NCBI RefSeq assembly: GCF_000143415.4
Contig: NW_003314263.1
Coordinates: 2,482,041-2,546,040 of the forward strand
Direction of reading: 5' to 3'
DNA: 64,000 nucleotides
DNA from: Selaginella moellendorffii
Taxonomy: Eukaryota; Plantae; Lycopodiophyta
Below the pieces are notes generated by a model that was not told where the DNA came from, searched no databases, and worked only from the letters and a program-made list of their open reading frames with translations. The position numbers and the translations under genes were made by a program. Below, one piece after another: positions 22,280 to 35,535 of this stretch. The number at the start of each line of letters is the position of its first letter. The first letter of the stretch is position 1.

Positions 22280-22779
22280 GACTTTAAATATTAAATTATT
22301 TGAATTTGTGAGTTCAATAAACAATGAATTTAATGAGATTTTAATATCTGTTGAATTGGTTTCAATCTCTTATATATAACTTAGAGTTTTTGGGCTAATT
22401 AATATATATATTTCTGTATTTCCTTTTCATATTCTATGCACTCATAAATTGAAATTATTATATGAAAATAATAAATAAAATTTAAAATTATTATGGTTAT
22501 AGACAAGATAACTGATATACCAAATGGACATATATGAAAAACTGATGTAAAATCTTTGATTGCCAAAACCTCTTTATATCCAACCATTCACTATTCCCAT
22601 TTTATAAAAGGACTGTACAAGTGAGAGGTGAGCATTTTGGTTTTATATTTCAAATAGAACAAAGTTAATGGAATAACATGAAATGAAAAAAAGTGATGGA
22701 GTAGATGTTTGTGATTTTTATGGCTTTTGGCTAATTCCTTGGATCATCCTTTCATTATCTAAGTTTAAATATGGTTAAG

Positions 22780-24180
22780 ATTAAGCCAAACCCAAGCCAA
22801 GATTTTCTCACCCTATATGCATGCCCGCTCATGCTGGATTCTAATTAAGCTCTTCAAAAGAAAAATATTTTATTTTTATTTTTATTTGAAGAAAAATATG
22901 ATGTTGAAAATAACAAGACTAAGAATGGTGATCAATTGCAGCATCTTAGGTGTGGGTAGAGGTGCCTAATTTCATTGCAAGAAAGTGTGAAAGCCAAGCC
23001 AACCTAGCTCACCCTATATGAACTCTCCTGTCAACTCACTATTGCTGGGCTGGATTCTAGATTGAAAGTATTAAGCCCTTCAACCAAGACAGACCTTTTG
23101 GCCCTCCACAACCATGAAAGTAAACCCAATAATAAAGAGGTTGGCATTGACATCAATGCTTTTATAGACTTCTAAAAAGAATATGACATAGTTGAAAATA
23201 GCAAGACTAAGAGGTGTTGACCAGAACTTAATCAATTGAAGCATCTTTTGGAAATCCACACTATTTTCACAAATAACATCCAAGTACAATAATGATTTAG
23301 CTGCTAATTTCTTGAGCATTGCATGAAAGTGTGAAATGGAAGACACAGAATATACTTATTTACTTTGACCTTATGACCTTGAAAAGAAAAAGAAACGTTA
23401 TTCTGAGAATATTCTCTTAGACTAGGTTAAAGGTTAAAAGGAGATTTACAGCTTACACATATAAAAACTTTTGCATTAGGAAATTTGTGGTCCATAGAGA
23501 TCTAGGTGAGATGAATGATGTTAATATATATACACCTATTCAGATGCCCATGTGGCAGAAGGATGGGCATCTAGATAAATTCAACTTTGAGAATACTAAT
23601 CTCGGTGTTAAAAACCATTTTAATCAATTAAAGCAATACTTTCTAAATAAATTTACTGAGTATTATTATTATTACAATTTTAAGAAAATATTTTTATTAA
23701 ATATTAATTTTTTCTGCAAAATTCAATAAATAATATTGAATATTCTTTCTTATTGGATATATTGTAAATCACTTACAAACTTTGCTAAAATAATAATGGT
23801 TAGTTCTTTTCAATCAATGTATAGATAAAAGTTTATTCTTTCAATAAAGTTTATTATGAGCTTATTATTGTTATGAGCAAGAGTATTAAAAGCATAAAGG
23901 TAGCCAGATAATTATTCAAGGATTTGGGAGGATGGTAGGTATCATTAGAAGCTGAGAGTCTCATGCAAACACTGTGGATGGAGGTAATGATGGAAATAGT
24001 GGAAGTGTAAGGTGGTGGATTGCTTTCAGATCTGGGCGGGAGAATAAGAAATCTAGGAATGCTTGTGGAGTGGCTGTGTAGAGCATCCGCATGATGATAT
24101 TCTGCTGAAAGAGGCTAAACAAGCTTAGGAGAGAGGAGAAAGAAGCAGAAGGGTGGACGATTTCTAAACTACTGGACATG
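22780..24180 (-). pseudogene. Possible degenerate F-box/LRR-type gene relic containing a diverged internal duplication
   Basis: Leu-rich fragments at 23961-24179 and 23080-23346. Segments ~22783-22992 and ~22991-23338 share blocks CTCACCCTATATG, GCTGGATTCTA, CAAGACTAAGA, TCAATTG.AGCATCTT and GAAAGTGTGAAA. Confidence 0.3.
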
Positions 24181-24578
24181 ACAGGAGCAAAGCAACTTTC
24201 AACTAAGCCTAAGCTTAACCTCTGAGGAAAGAAGTGTCTTATTCAATCTGGTGTCCAGGAGAAAAACTTGCTTCATTTTTTTCATCTCATAGATGTTCCA
24301 GCTCTCTGTCCTGCTTGCTTTTTAGTCACGCCAGGGATGTCCAAGTGTAGAGCCAACTTCAGGGCGAGATAATCTCGGACTTTGGTACCGCCGGGGATGC
24401 TTGGGATTGCATGCCTTACGTACCAGATACGTCGAAGTGGCGATGCTTCGTTTCTCTCTGCAGGAGCCACAGACACTATGAGGATAGAGCTAACTGCGAA
24501 GCAAAAACTCGGCAAGCAACTTACGGAATGAAATCGAAAACGTACCTTGTTAGCTTACACGGTGCTGCTGTTTAATGC

Positions 24579-26803
<2,225 letters not shown>

Positions 26804-27069
26804 TTCCCCCCTTCTACTCGCATTCTAGGGTTCTAGGGCTTGCTCGAGAGCAGGGTTACCGCTGGCGTGGAGCCCACGTGGAGCCGTACCTTTGAAACGA
26901 AATGAGCGGGAAACGCTCGAGATAGCGAATTTGGAGAGCTTGGAATCTCCTGTAGAGAAACACGACTTTAGCGAGACAATGGGGAAGAACTAGGAACTCC
27001 AGCAACTTCTTTGAGGCACGAAAGGGAAAAACGAGAAAACTCTTGGTCGTTTTTGCCTAGTAGAATACG

Positions 27070-27760
27070 AAGGCTTGTTTGGATGAGACCATTCAATCCA
27101 AGCTAGCTTACCGGGACTCAATCTGTATAAGAGATCATTCGAAAACCATCAGATGAAAAAATGCCTGCTGAGCATACAAGGAACTTACCAGCAAGAAGCG
27201 GTACGTTTTAGATCAACGCATGGTTCCTTTCCTTGCCTGTGATCTACAAAACATGAGAAACAGCGATGCATTGAAACAAAAACCCATTAGGAGTACCGTC
27301 AAGAACAGTGATATACCGAAACCTCCCATCGGCATAGCGATCTTCAGGAAAAGGAGGTGGAGAACGTCCTGTCCATCACAGAAACTCAGAACTAGAAGAA
27401 ATAAGCATAGAAACAACGAAGGAAGAAAGCGTAGCTTACCTCCAACCATGTTTGCCTATGATCGGAAAAGCTCGAGAACACAGCGTAGCGTTTTCTCCCT
27501 CCACTGTAAATGCTCCGCCACCATACTCATGGACGGTGGAACGAACATTAAATCCAGAAGGAGCGATATCTTCCACTTGCGCATTCCCATCCACGCAAGA
27601 AAATCCTTATTTCTAAGCGCTAGAGATTGCTCTCAAAAGAATTCTTGGAAGGAAGAAGCCTCATTGCAAGGATTCTCGCAGAGAAGATTTCCATTCGCAT
27701 AGTCGTGAATCCTCCGAGGCGCAGTGATGGTGAAGGAAATGGAGCTTGTCGTCCACCATC
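27070..27760 (-). pseudogene. Fragmented S9 (prolyl oligopeptidase/acylaminoacyl-peptidase-like) gene relic
   Basis: Read on the minus strand in frames not shown in the ORF track: APF..SLRLGG, GFNVRSTVHEYGGGAFTV, RYADG, RLSPGKLAWIEWSHPNKP. These match N-terminal motifs of S9 peptidases; no catalytic domain is seen. Confidence 0.75.
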
Positions 27761-27824
27761 GCGACTCGAGAGGAAATAGGAATTATTCTAGCACAAAATA
27801 TTTAGGGCTTTGTCTGTCCAGTCC

Positions 27825-29831
27825 ATGGAATCGCATCACGCTTCGCTGGGGCGCCGCAAGGTGAGCTCGCCGCCGTGGAATCCGCATTGCTCTAACGTTG
27901 ATCCAGTGTAGCTGGAGGAGATCCGGCAAAAGAAAGCGTCGGAGAAGAATTCCGCGAAGCAATCGGAGCTAATTCCATCAGGTAGAGGCTCGAAAACCGA
28001 CGAATCTCATGTTTTTTTGCTTTCCCTTTCTTGTGCTAGGCCTGGATCAGGATGTCGAGGGTCTCAAACAAGAGGTGAATTTTTTTCTTGTCTTAGAGAA
28101 GAGAGAACTTGTTTGTGAGTGAATATCATAGTTAAGTTTTAGTTTTTATCTGCAGCTAGAAACAACTCAAAACGAACGAAATGCGCTGCAAAGGCAATTG
28201 GACGAGAAGATCGAGAAAATACAAGTTCTTGTCCGGGACCTTCAAACTTTTCAAGCTTCAGCCAGTAACGTATGTGCTTGTTAGTCTTCATGTCTTGTAA
28301 GATTCTAAGTTTTCTTCCTCGCAGGATGCAAAGCTTGTTTCGGAGCTGAAGCAGTCTGTAAAAAACCTTACTGTTGATAGAGATGCCGCCATTACATCCA
28401 AGGTAGGCTTTATACGTCATTGCTTCAAGCAACAAGGGAAAGCTTCGATTTTGCTAGGAAGATGTTACAGCTCAGCTGCGTCTCGCAAGAAAAAGACTCC
28501 AAGAAGCCGAGAACGAGCAGTACAAGGTCCATTAGCTTGTCAAAAAATACTCTTTGCAGAAAGCTAACCTCCACTTGCCAGGCTGAAGAAGATGCTGCTG
28601 TTTTGAGAGCAGAGCTCAAGCAATTGCAACAGCAGATGGAGCACTCAGCCAGCTCTCAGTCTTTCCATGCAACAATGCTTACAGACCAATATGCGATCAG
28701 CGACCAAGAGCACAAGGCCGTCAAAGAGGAGCTCCATGTAGGTTCCTGCAAGTTTTTGCGTTTCTTACTTCTCTTCTGCTACAGGATGCGCTTTTCCAGC
28801 TTCAAAACAATCGGCAACTGTTGGCCATGGAGCAGCAAAAGATTGCTCAACTTCTTGCTGAGAAAAAAGAGCTCGAAGCTGCTCTTGCGTCATCCCGGAA
28901 CAATGAAGCCGGTACTAAGTTTTCCCGTTCCTCATTTTTAAGCCATGTCTTGCCTGTCTGCCAACAGAAGCAAAGCGAGCACTTGCGAATGCTGCAAGCA
29001 CTACCGAACAACAATTCACGAGTAACAAATGGAGGTCCAAGGTTCGTTTTCCTTGACACGGTAGAATTTTTTAATAGTTTTGCTCCAGGTGGACAGAGGG
29101 AAATACGAGCAACACCTTCGTGAGCTTGCCTCTATGGTTGAACGACTTGAAAATGGCCGGCAGAAGCTGCTCGCAGAGGTAGAAACGCGTCACCAGTATT
29201 TCTAATGGTAGCCTTTTTCTTTCTTTGCTAGATTGACCGGCAGTCCCTGGAGATTGAAAAGCTCTTCATGGAAAACGAAGGTCTAGTGAGTGGGTTAAAC
29301 GAAACCTCGGAGATTGCAGCACAATGGGAACGCCAGGTACTCGAGACAAAAGAACTTTCAGAACTCTAACAAATCCTTTTGTTTTTCCCAGCTTCGTGAG
29401 TGCGCTAAACAGAACACAGAGCTACGAAACAAGTTGCAAGCGCATCAAACATTATCCCAACCAGAGGATTTGGTCAAGGAGGAGGATTTGTCATCGACAG
29501 AAATACCAAAACTTAAGGTAACGCGCTGGCCGCTCGCTCGTCTTTTTGTCTGTGGAGTCTTAAACTCTCGGCTCTGGTGTTTTTCTTCTCCCTGCAGATG
29601 GATTTAACAAAAGCATTGGGCGAAAGAGACCAGCTGGCTTTGGAGTTGGCGAGTGTCAGGATCACCTTGAATGGATTCAACAGACTGTAAGCTTTTCTCC
29701 TTTGTTTTTGCTTTGTTTGGTTTTTTTCAGAGTTTTTTAACAGGCTGCTTGCAGATATAATCCGGTGCTCTCCAGCCTGGAGACGAGGCTTGTACAAATC
29801 AAACAAAACTCCGCGCAGCAAATCGATGTAA
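27825..29831 (+). CDS. Conserved plant coiled-coil protein (myosin heavy chain-related), multi-exon
   Basis: MESHHASLGRRK|LEEIRQKKA..., RKRLQEAENEQYK|AEEDAAVLRAEL, YEQHLRELASMVERLENGRQKLLAE|IDRQSLEIEKLF; about a dozen short GT-AG introns. Confidence 0.82.
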
Positions 29832-30262
29832 GTTTCTAAGGATATATGTGGAAGTCTCCGTATGTTTCTAATCTTTTTAAGGCCCGGCAAAGGGTGTCTC
29901 TTCGTTCTTCTTGCTTCTATGTGACAGCCTTTTAAGTACACGCACAATGAAAGATCGAGGGCATTAGGGCTTTTCATCTTGTGGTGGTCGAGTTTTGAAG
30001 TACAATGCGGCAGCGCGCTGGAAGTTTTTGCGCTCTCGATCGCAGCAATCGTGGCCGTATTCCGTGCTGGGCAGCTCCATTTTCGAGGTAGGGATCTGAA
30101 TTGCTAGGCTCTCGGGAAGAAGATGAGCTAAACTCTTGGCCGGGAGGATCTTCTAGAGATTCCAGTGCTCTTGAGTGATGAAGTGGGTCTCCTGGAGAGA
30201 GACGGCAAGGAGGAAATAGATCAGTGGAGCACAATGGGATCGAGCAGAGCGTAGTATAATTC

Positions 30263-30877
30263 ATGTTTAGTGGGGATGGAAGTCATGGCGGATCGGTAGC
30301 GGTTCAAATAGAAGGCTTTCGCTACAATGGCAAGGGACTCAAGAGAAAAGTGTCCGAGGTGCAGGGCACTGTTTTGACAGTGTCCGAGGAGGAAGAGGAT
30401 TGCGAGTCCGAGGTTCTGGGGGGAGCTTATGGGAACTTGCAAGAGATCTTGGCAAGAAAGGAGAGGAACAAGAAGAAGAAGAAGAAGCAGGGATTGGACG
30501 AGGGATTTCCTTGCGAATCAAACTTTGTAGCTGTGGATGAAGAAGTCAGCACGACGACATCCTTGGAGACCGAGGATCAGCGGCGCTGGCAGGAGCAGCA
30601 GCAGGGGAAGCAAGAGGAGTGGATCTTCGCGCGGCGGATTGGGAGGGTGGACGAGGAAGAAGTGAGCAGCGGTGACGAGTTTATGGAGTTTTGCGAGGAA
30701 GAAGATGGGGTAAAGATCGTCGCCAGTGATGATGCCAATGGCGATGACGAAGAAGATCGTGACAAACCCGGCTCGACTTACATCCTCTCGTCTGGGCGAC
30801 AGACATCCCAAGTTGAGAAGAAGATCCCCACCATTGACGACGAGTTTGAGGAGTACTTTCGCCAACTCATGCTTTGA
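30263..30877 (+). CDS. Acidic, probably disordered plant protein with a basic patch and conserved C-terminal motif; 5' end uncertain
   Basis: 204-aa ORF with RKERNKKKKK and ending YILSSGR...PTIDDEFEEYFRQLML, resembling a recalled plant IDxEFExYFxxLML C-terminal motif. Confidence 0.7.
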   Translation: MFSGDGSHGGSVAVQIEGFRYNGKGLKRKVSEVQGTVLTVSEEEEDCESEVLGGAYGNLQEILARKERNKKKKKKQGLDEGFPCESNFVAVDEEVSTTTSLETEDQRRWQEQQQGKQEEWIFARRIGRVDEEEVSSGDEFMEFCEEEDGVKIVASDDANGDDEEDRDKPGSTYILSSGRQTSQVEKKIPTIDDEFEEYFRQLML

Positions 30878-32332
30878 TATAAACAAGAAAAGTTCCAGTG
30901 AGAACATTAAACCCTAATGGAATATTCTACGGATTTGAAAATGATTTGCTTTAATTGATCCAGTCTAAGATTCCCGGACGTGGAAGAAGCAACCATGCAG
31001 TCGCCGACAAGCACAATCCCTCCGACATTACCACTAAACCTAAAATCGACAAGCCGCCCCTCCTTTTCAAGCAACACCTAGGTCGCTCGCAATGTATCCA
31101 AGTGTGTGCTCCAACATCAACGTCCTATTGTGGGGTGGATCATGCAAAATAGCGAGCCATGACCTAAAATATTCGGGCTCTAGATGATAATAACCGCGAC
31201 CACGTAACAAAAAAGACACCTGACCATCGAGCAGCGTAAGAAAGTTGGTGGATTTGTCGGAAGCGGTCAACCAATTAGGTTAAATGCGACGTCCACTTCA
31301 TCCATGGCGCGGGTGGCGTGGGCCGTACAGGTGGTCTCTGGCCGTACGGATGCAAGCGGCCAAAGCAACGTCCACATTTCTTGCCAGAGTGAATGTCCGT
31401 ACGCCAACTCCTCCCAGGGAGCGGAGATCACGGGTCTCCCTGCCGTGCCCTAAAATCCGTGCGTTGTATCCGCCCTAAAGAGAGGAAAGTCTGAGCTCCA
31501 CGGGTACCCCAGTCACTCTGACTCAATGCAAGTGTAAGTGGGCCTCTAGATTGGATAACACAATATTATACATTACAACTATACACTGTATTTTATTCGA
31601 GGAGCTAAAAATTATCTACACGCGGACGTGGCAGGAGTACGAAGCTGGTATTCCCTGGGCACGTCTACAGGGTGATTCGTTATTTGAATTGCAAGCTTGC
31701 GGGGGATATGCCTTCGCGGGGACTGGCCACTGCACGTGGCCATAAACCAGTTTGCACGGCAAAGTTATGGCCCAAAGTGGCGCCGCGCAGAGCCGTTAGA
31801 TTCCCGGGATCGTGCGGCTGATGGATGGAATGATTATGTGTATGGGGTATGGGTAAAGTGGGCGTGTAAGTGTGTGTAACTTTCAGTGGTTGCCCAGTCG
31901 CATTCTTCTTAGGTAAAGACGCGAAGCTCTCTTTTGTTTCTTTAGGAGGTTTTTTGTTTTTTAGGGTAGGAGAAGGCGGCTTTCTTGCATCTGGCGATGG
32001 TGGAGCGATCGCGAGCGAATAGCGAGCGAATAGCGTTGCGCCAGGGAGAAGGTTTTGTTTCGCAGGGAAATTTGGCAATGCAGGGCACTTCTGCGCGTGA
32101 TGGTGCGTAATCTCGGTGGAATTCGTCCAAATCTATGGATTGGATCTAGAAATTCTCTCCCCCCTGCCTCGCGAAGCAAGGAATCGCCGCTGCCGGCCTT
32201 CTTATCTCGCTTGGAGTGGCTTGGCTATCGATTGCTTCTCTTCAATCTCGTGCTTCCCTCCCATTCTTCGTGCTTCTTGAGTGATATTTTGGAGGGAATC
32301 AATGGAGAAAGGAATCCGGGACAGGGCAGTAA

Positions 32333-35300
32333 ATGTATCGGTGGCGCCGTGAAGCAAACGAAGGGAAAAGAATGCCCGACAAAGGCGCGGTGAAAGTGTT
32401 TGGTCCTTGCCAAGCGCCTCTCCAGACAACATACAGAAATGATAGTATCTTTAGTCCTTTGGTACGTACCATTCTCATAATTGGAGTTTTCCAACGCTTT
32501 GTTTGTAGGATTCTTTCAAACGCACGCACTCTGCTTGCTCTAATGGAGGCTTTGGACACACTGTAAGCTTTCACGAGTGTTTCCAAGTTTCTCCAGCAAT
32601 TGTTTTGCTCTACAGATGATCTGCGCACAGCTCTTGACCAATGTAGCCTCCGGGATGAGTGACAGGTATAGTGGTCTTGTATTGTTCATCACAGGAACTA
32701 ACACTTCACTCTTGTGATGCGATGCGATGCAGCAATTCTCCTCAAAAGCAGACGAGGAAGAAGCACAAAGGGCGGCACGCCACGGACGCAAAGGTCCACG
32801 GTGAGCCGCTGGAGCGAATCGATGAAGAGGTACTGATCTGTTTCATGTTTTTCGGATCAGCCTTGAGAACTCTTTGAAACTCCACCGTTTCAGGATTTGT
32901 GCGCAGAGGATTCTAGACGGAGGGACGCCTCCCGGCGCTTGTTTTCGTCATCCAGTGACGTTGTAAGCTTTATTCTTCTGCTAACAGGAAAAGCATCCCT
33001 GACGCTAGTCAGTTTTAGACTGTCGCCAACTCCATTGAAGCAATCAGGAAGGAAGGCTTGCGTGTACGCCGTTCTCGTCTCGAGGAGGACGTGAGTTTTA
33101 ATGGTTTTGTGCATTGAATGAATAGCTAATGCAGCGATTTCTAATTCGCAGATATTGAGGCTTCACAAGCGTTTAAGAAATGAGCTAGATCTGCGCGAAG
33201 CGCTTGAAATTGCCTTATCCGATGCGTCCGCGGCCATCCCTGAACATGTTCCTCTGAAGGTTTATATCTTATTCCTTGATTATATAACCAGTTTTGCATA
33301 AAATATATCGTTGACTGATTGATGCAGGTGCGCAAACTACTGCAAGATATTGCAATTCTCGAAGTCACTGTTCTAAGCTTGGAAGACCAAGTGCTGGCAT
33401 CCCAGTGGCAGCTGTGTAAGGAACGTAAAGAAAGTGCTGCAATTCAGAACTCTGCTCCATCGTCGTTCAGGCAAAGCAAAGCATTCGACAGGATCCCGCA
33501 AGCTCAATATTCACAAAATTTATTTTGTCAAGAGGATCCTTCGTGCAGCGCTCTAGTAGACGAACTCTCGCCTGTAACCCCAGGTCTACGAAAGTCCTCT
33601 AGCCGTCTTTCGAGGTACAGCGATGCTGAAAGTTCGGAACAACAGGAAGATTCCTCCTACGAGCATGGGAATCTAGCTTTGACAATCTCGGGAGAGCCAG
33701 ATACTCCAAGACGATCAAGCTTTTGGAGTAATTGCTCTGACGAAGACTACGGGAAGTCACATAAAAGAGAAAAATGCGACTTCGCTGAGGTACTTCTTGC
33801 AAGCTCTTTGGCAAAACTTGAGCTTTTTTCTGCAGAGCGAGAGGATAAAACATAGAAAACATCAACGAAAGAAGACTAGGCAAAAGCATTCTGAGCTAGT
33901 CGCTTGTTCAAGTTGCCCTGTAAGCTACAGTTTTGTTCTCTGATGTCATTTTACCTTGTATTCTCGACAGGAAACTCCTCCACAAGAGTTTGATGACACA
34001 ATGACGCTATCCCGGAGGAGTAGCTTGCTTTTAAAAGGCCTCGCTTTACATCCTAATCGGCTTTCGGAGAAAATGCTTCGCTGCATGATGGATATATATT
34101 GTCACCTTTCAGACACTGCCCCTTTCACCGCGTCTTCGTCACCGACCTCGCCTTTTACGCAAGCGATCACAACACCTTCTATGTCATCGCTTTCAGAATC
34201 TTCGTTTCTGTCTTTTGGTAAAAGCCCACTGGTTGAGTTGCCGAACAAGGAAGATATTGTGGGATCCGAGAGCTTGTTTGATCCTTACAGGACAAAAGAG
34301 AAGCTATCCTGGGTGGATATTGGAGTTTATAGTTCGGCGTTGGAAATCAGGTGGATAGCTGTTGGCAAGGAACAGCTTGGATATGCTGCTCGAGCTCTTC
34401 GAGAATACAAGTACGTCTTTTTCTCTTTTTTTTCCTTGTTTTTGTTCTTTCTTGCTTTTTCTTCTAACTTAACTTTTCTCCACGGCAGATTGTTGGTCGA
34501 ACAACTAGCCAAAGTGGACATCTTGTCCATGGCACACGAAGAAAAACTAGCTTTCTGGGTGAATATTTATAACGCTCTAGTTATGCACGTAAGTATATAC
34601 TAGAATTTCCTCGTTTTATTGATCACAACTTCAGGGATACTTGGCGTACGGCATTCCGAATAGCGAGCTTAAGTCATTCTTCCTCCTGCAAAAGGTAGAT
34701 GGAGTAATAAAATAGCTATGGACTCACCACGATCGTTCTTTTACAGGCATCGTACGTGATCGGTGGACACACCTTTACAGCGCTTGCTATTGAGTACCAT
34801 TTACTCAAGCATAAAGCTCCTGCACATCGTCCGCAAATCGTAAAGACAAAGCATTTTATTGTTCTCGAGCCTAATTCACAATTGTCTACTTTTCAGGCCT
34901 TACTACTGGCACTACACAAAATCAAACTTACATTGGAACAAACGAGTTTTGCAGTCGATTATCCAGAACCTTTGACAGTGTTTGCTCTAAGCTGCGGTGC
35001 GCGATCTTCACCATTGGTAAGCTCGCAGTTGTATAGTTCTGTCATTCCAGATTGACAAACGGTTTGATTCTTTGCAGGTAAAGGTGTATACACCAGATAA
35101 TGTTATTCAGCAGCTAAAGTCTTCGCTTCACGACTACATCCGAGCATCAGTTGGGCTCGGCGTGAGGGGTAAAGTCCTGATTCCCAAGCTGCTCTACACT
35201 TACGCGCACGAAAACATGGAGGACTCGAGCTTGCTCGCGTGGATTTACCTCCACCTCCCGAGCCCGCAGGTGGCTGTTATCAGGGAGTGCCTGCAACAGA

Positions 35301-35383
35301 GGCGTCACAGGTTCTTGAGCTCGAGGAATTTTTCAATCTTGCCCTTTGATTTTCGGTTCCAGTACCTGTTTCTTAGGAGCTGA
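32333..35383 (+). CDS. Lzipper-MIP1 / DUF547 domain protein, multi-exon (start 32333 or 32372)
   Basis: Leucine zipper LLQDIAILEVTVLSLEDQV, PNRLSEKMLRCM, DUF547 core EKLAFWVNIYNALVMH|GYLAYGIP, EPLTVFALSCGARSSP, ends PFDFRFQYLF. Confidence 0.88.
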
Positions 35384-35535
35384 GGGGAGAATGCAATCGT
35401 GTACCATATGTGAATAGAAGTAACTTATTCTTTGATTCTAATGATATATAGTTTTCTAGTGTGATGGAAGAACTTCCATCCTTTAAGCTTCGTATCTACA
35501 AAAGCGCTTGCTCACCTGTAAGTGAGTTTGGTTCT

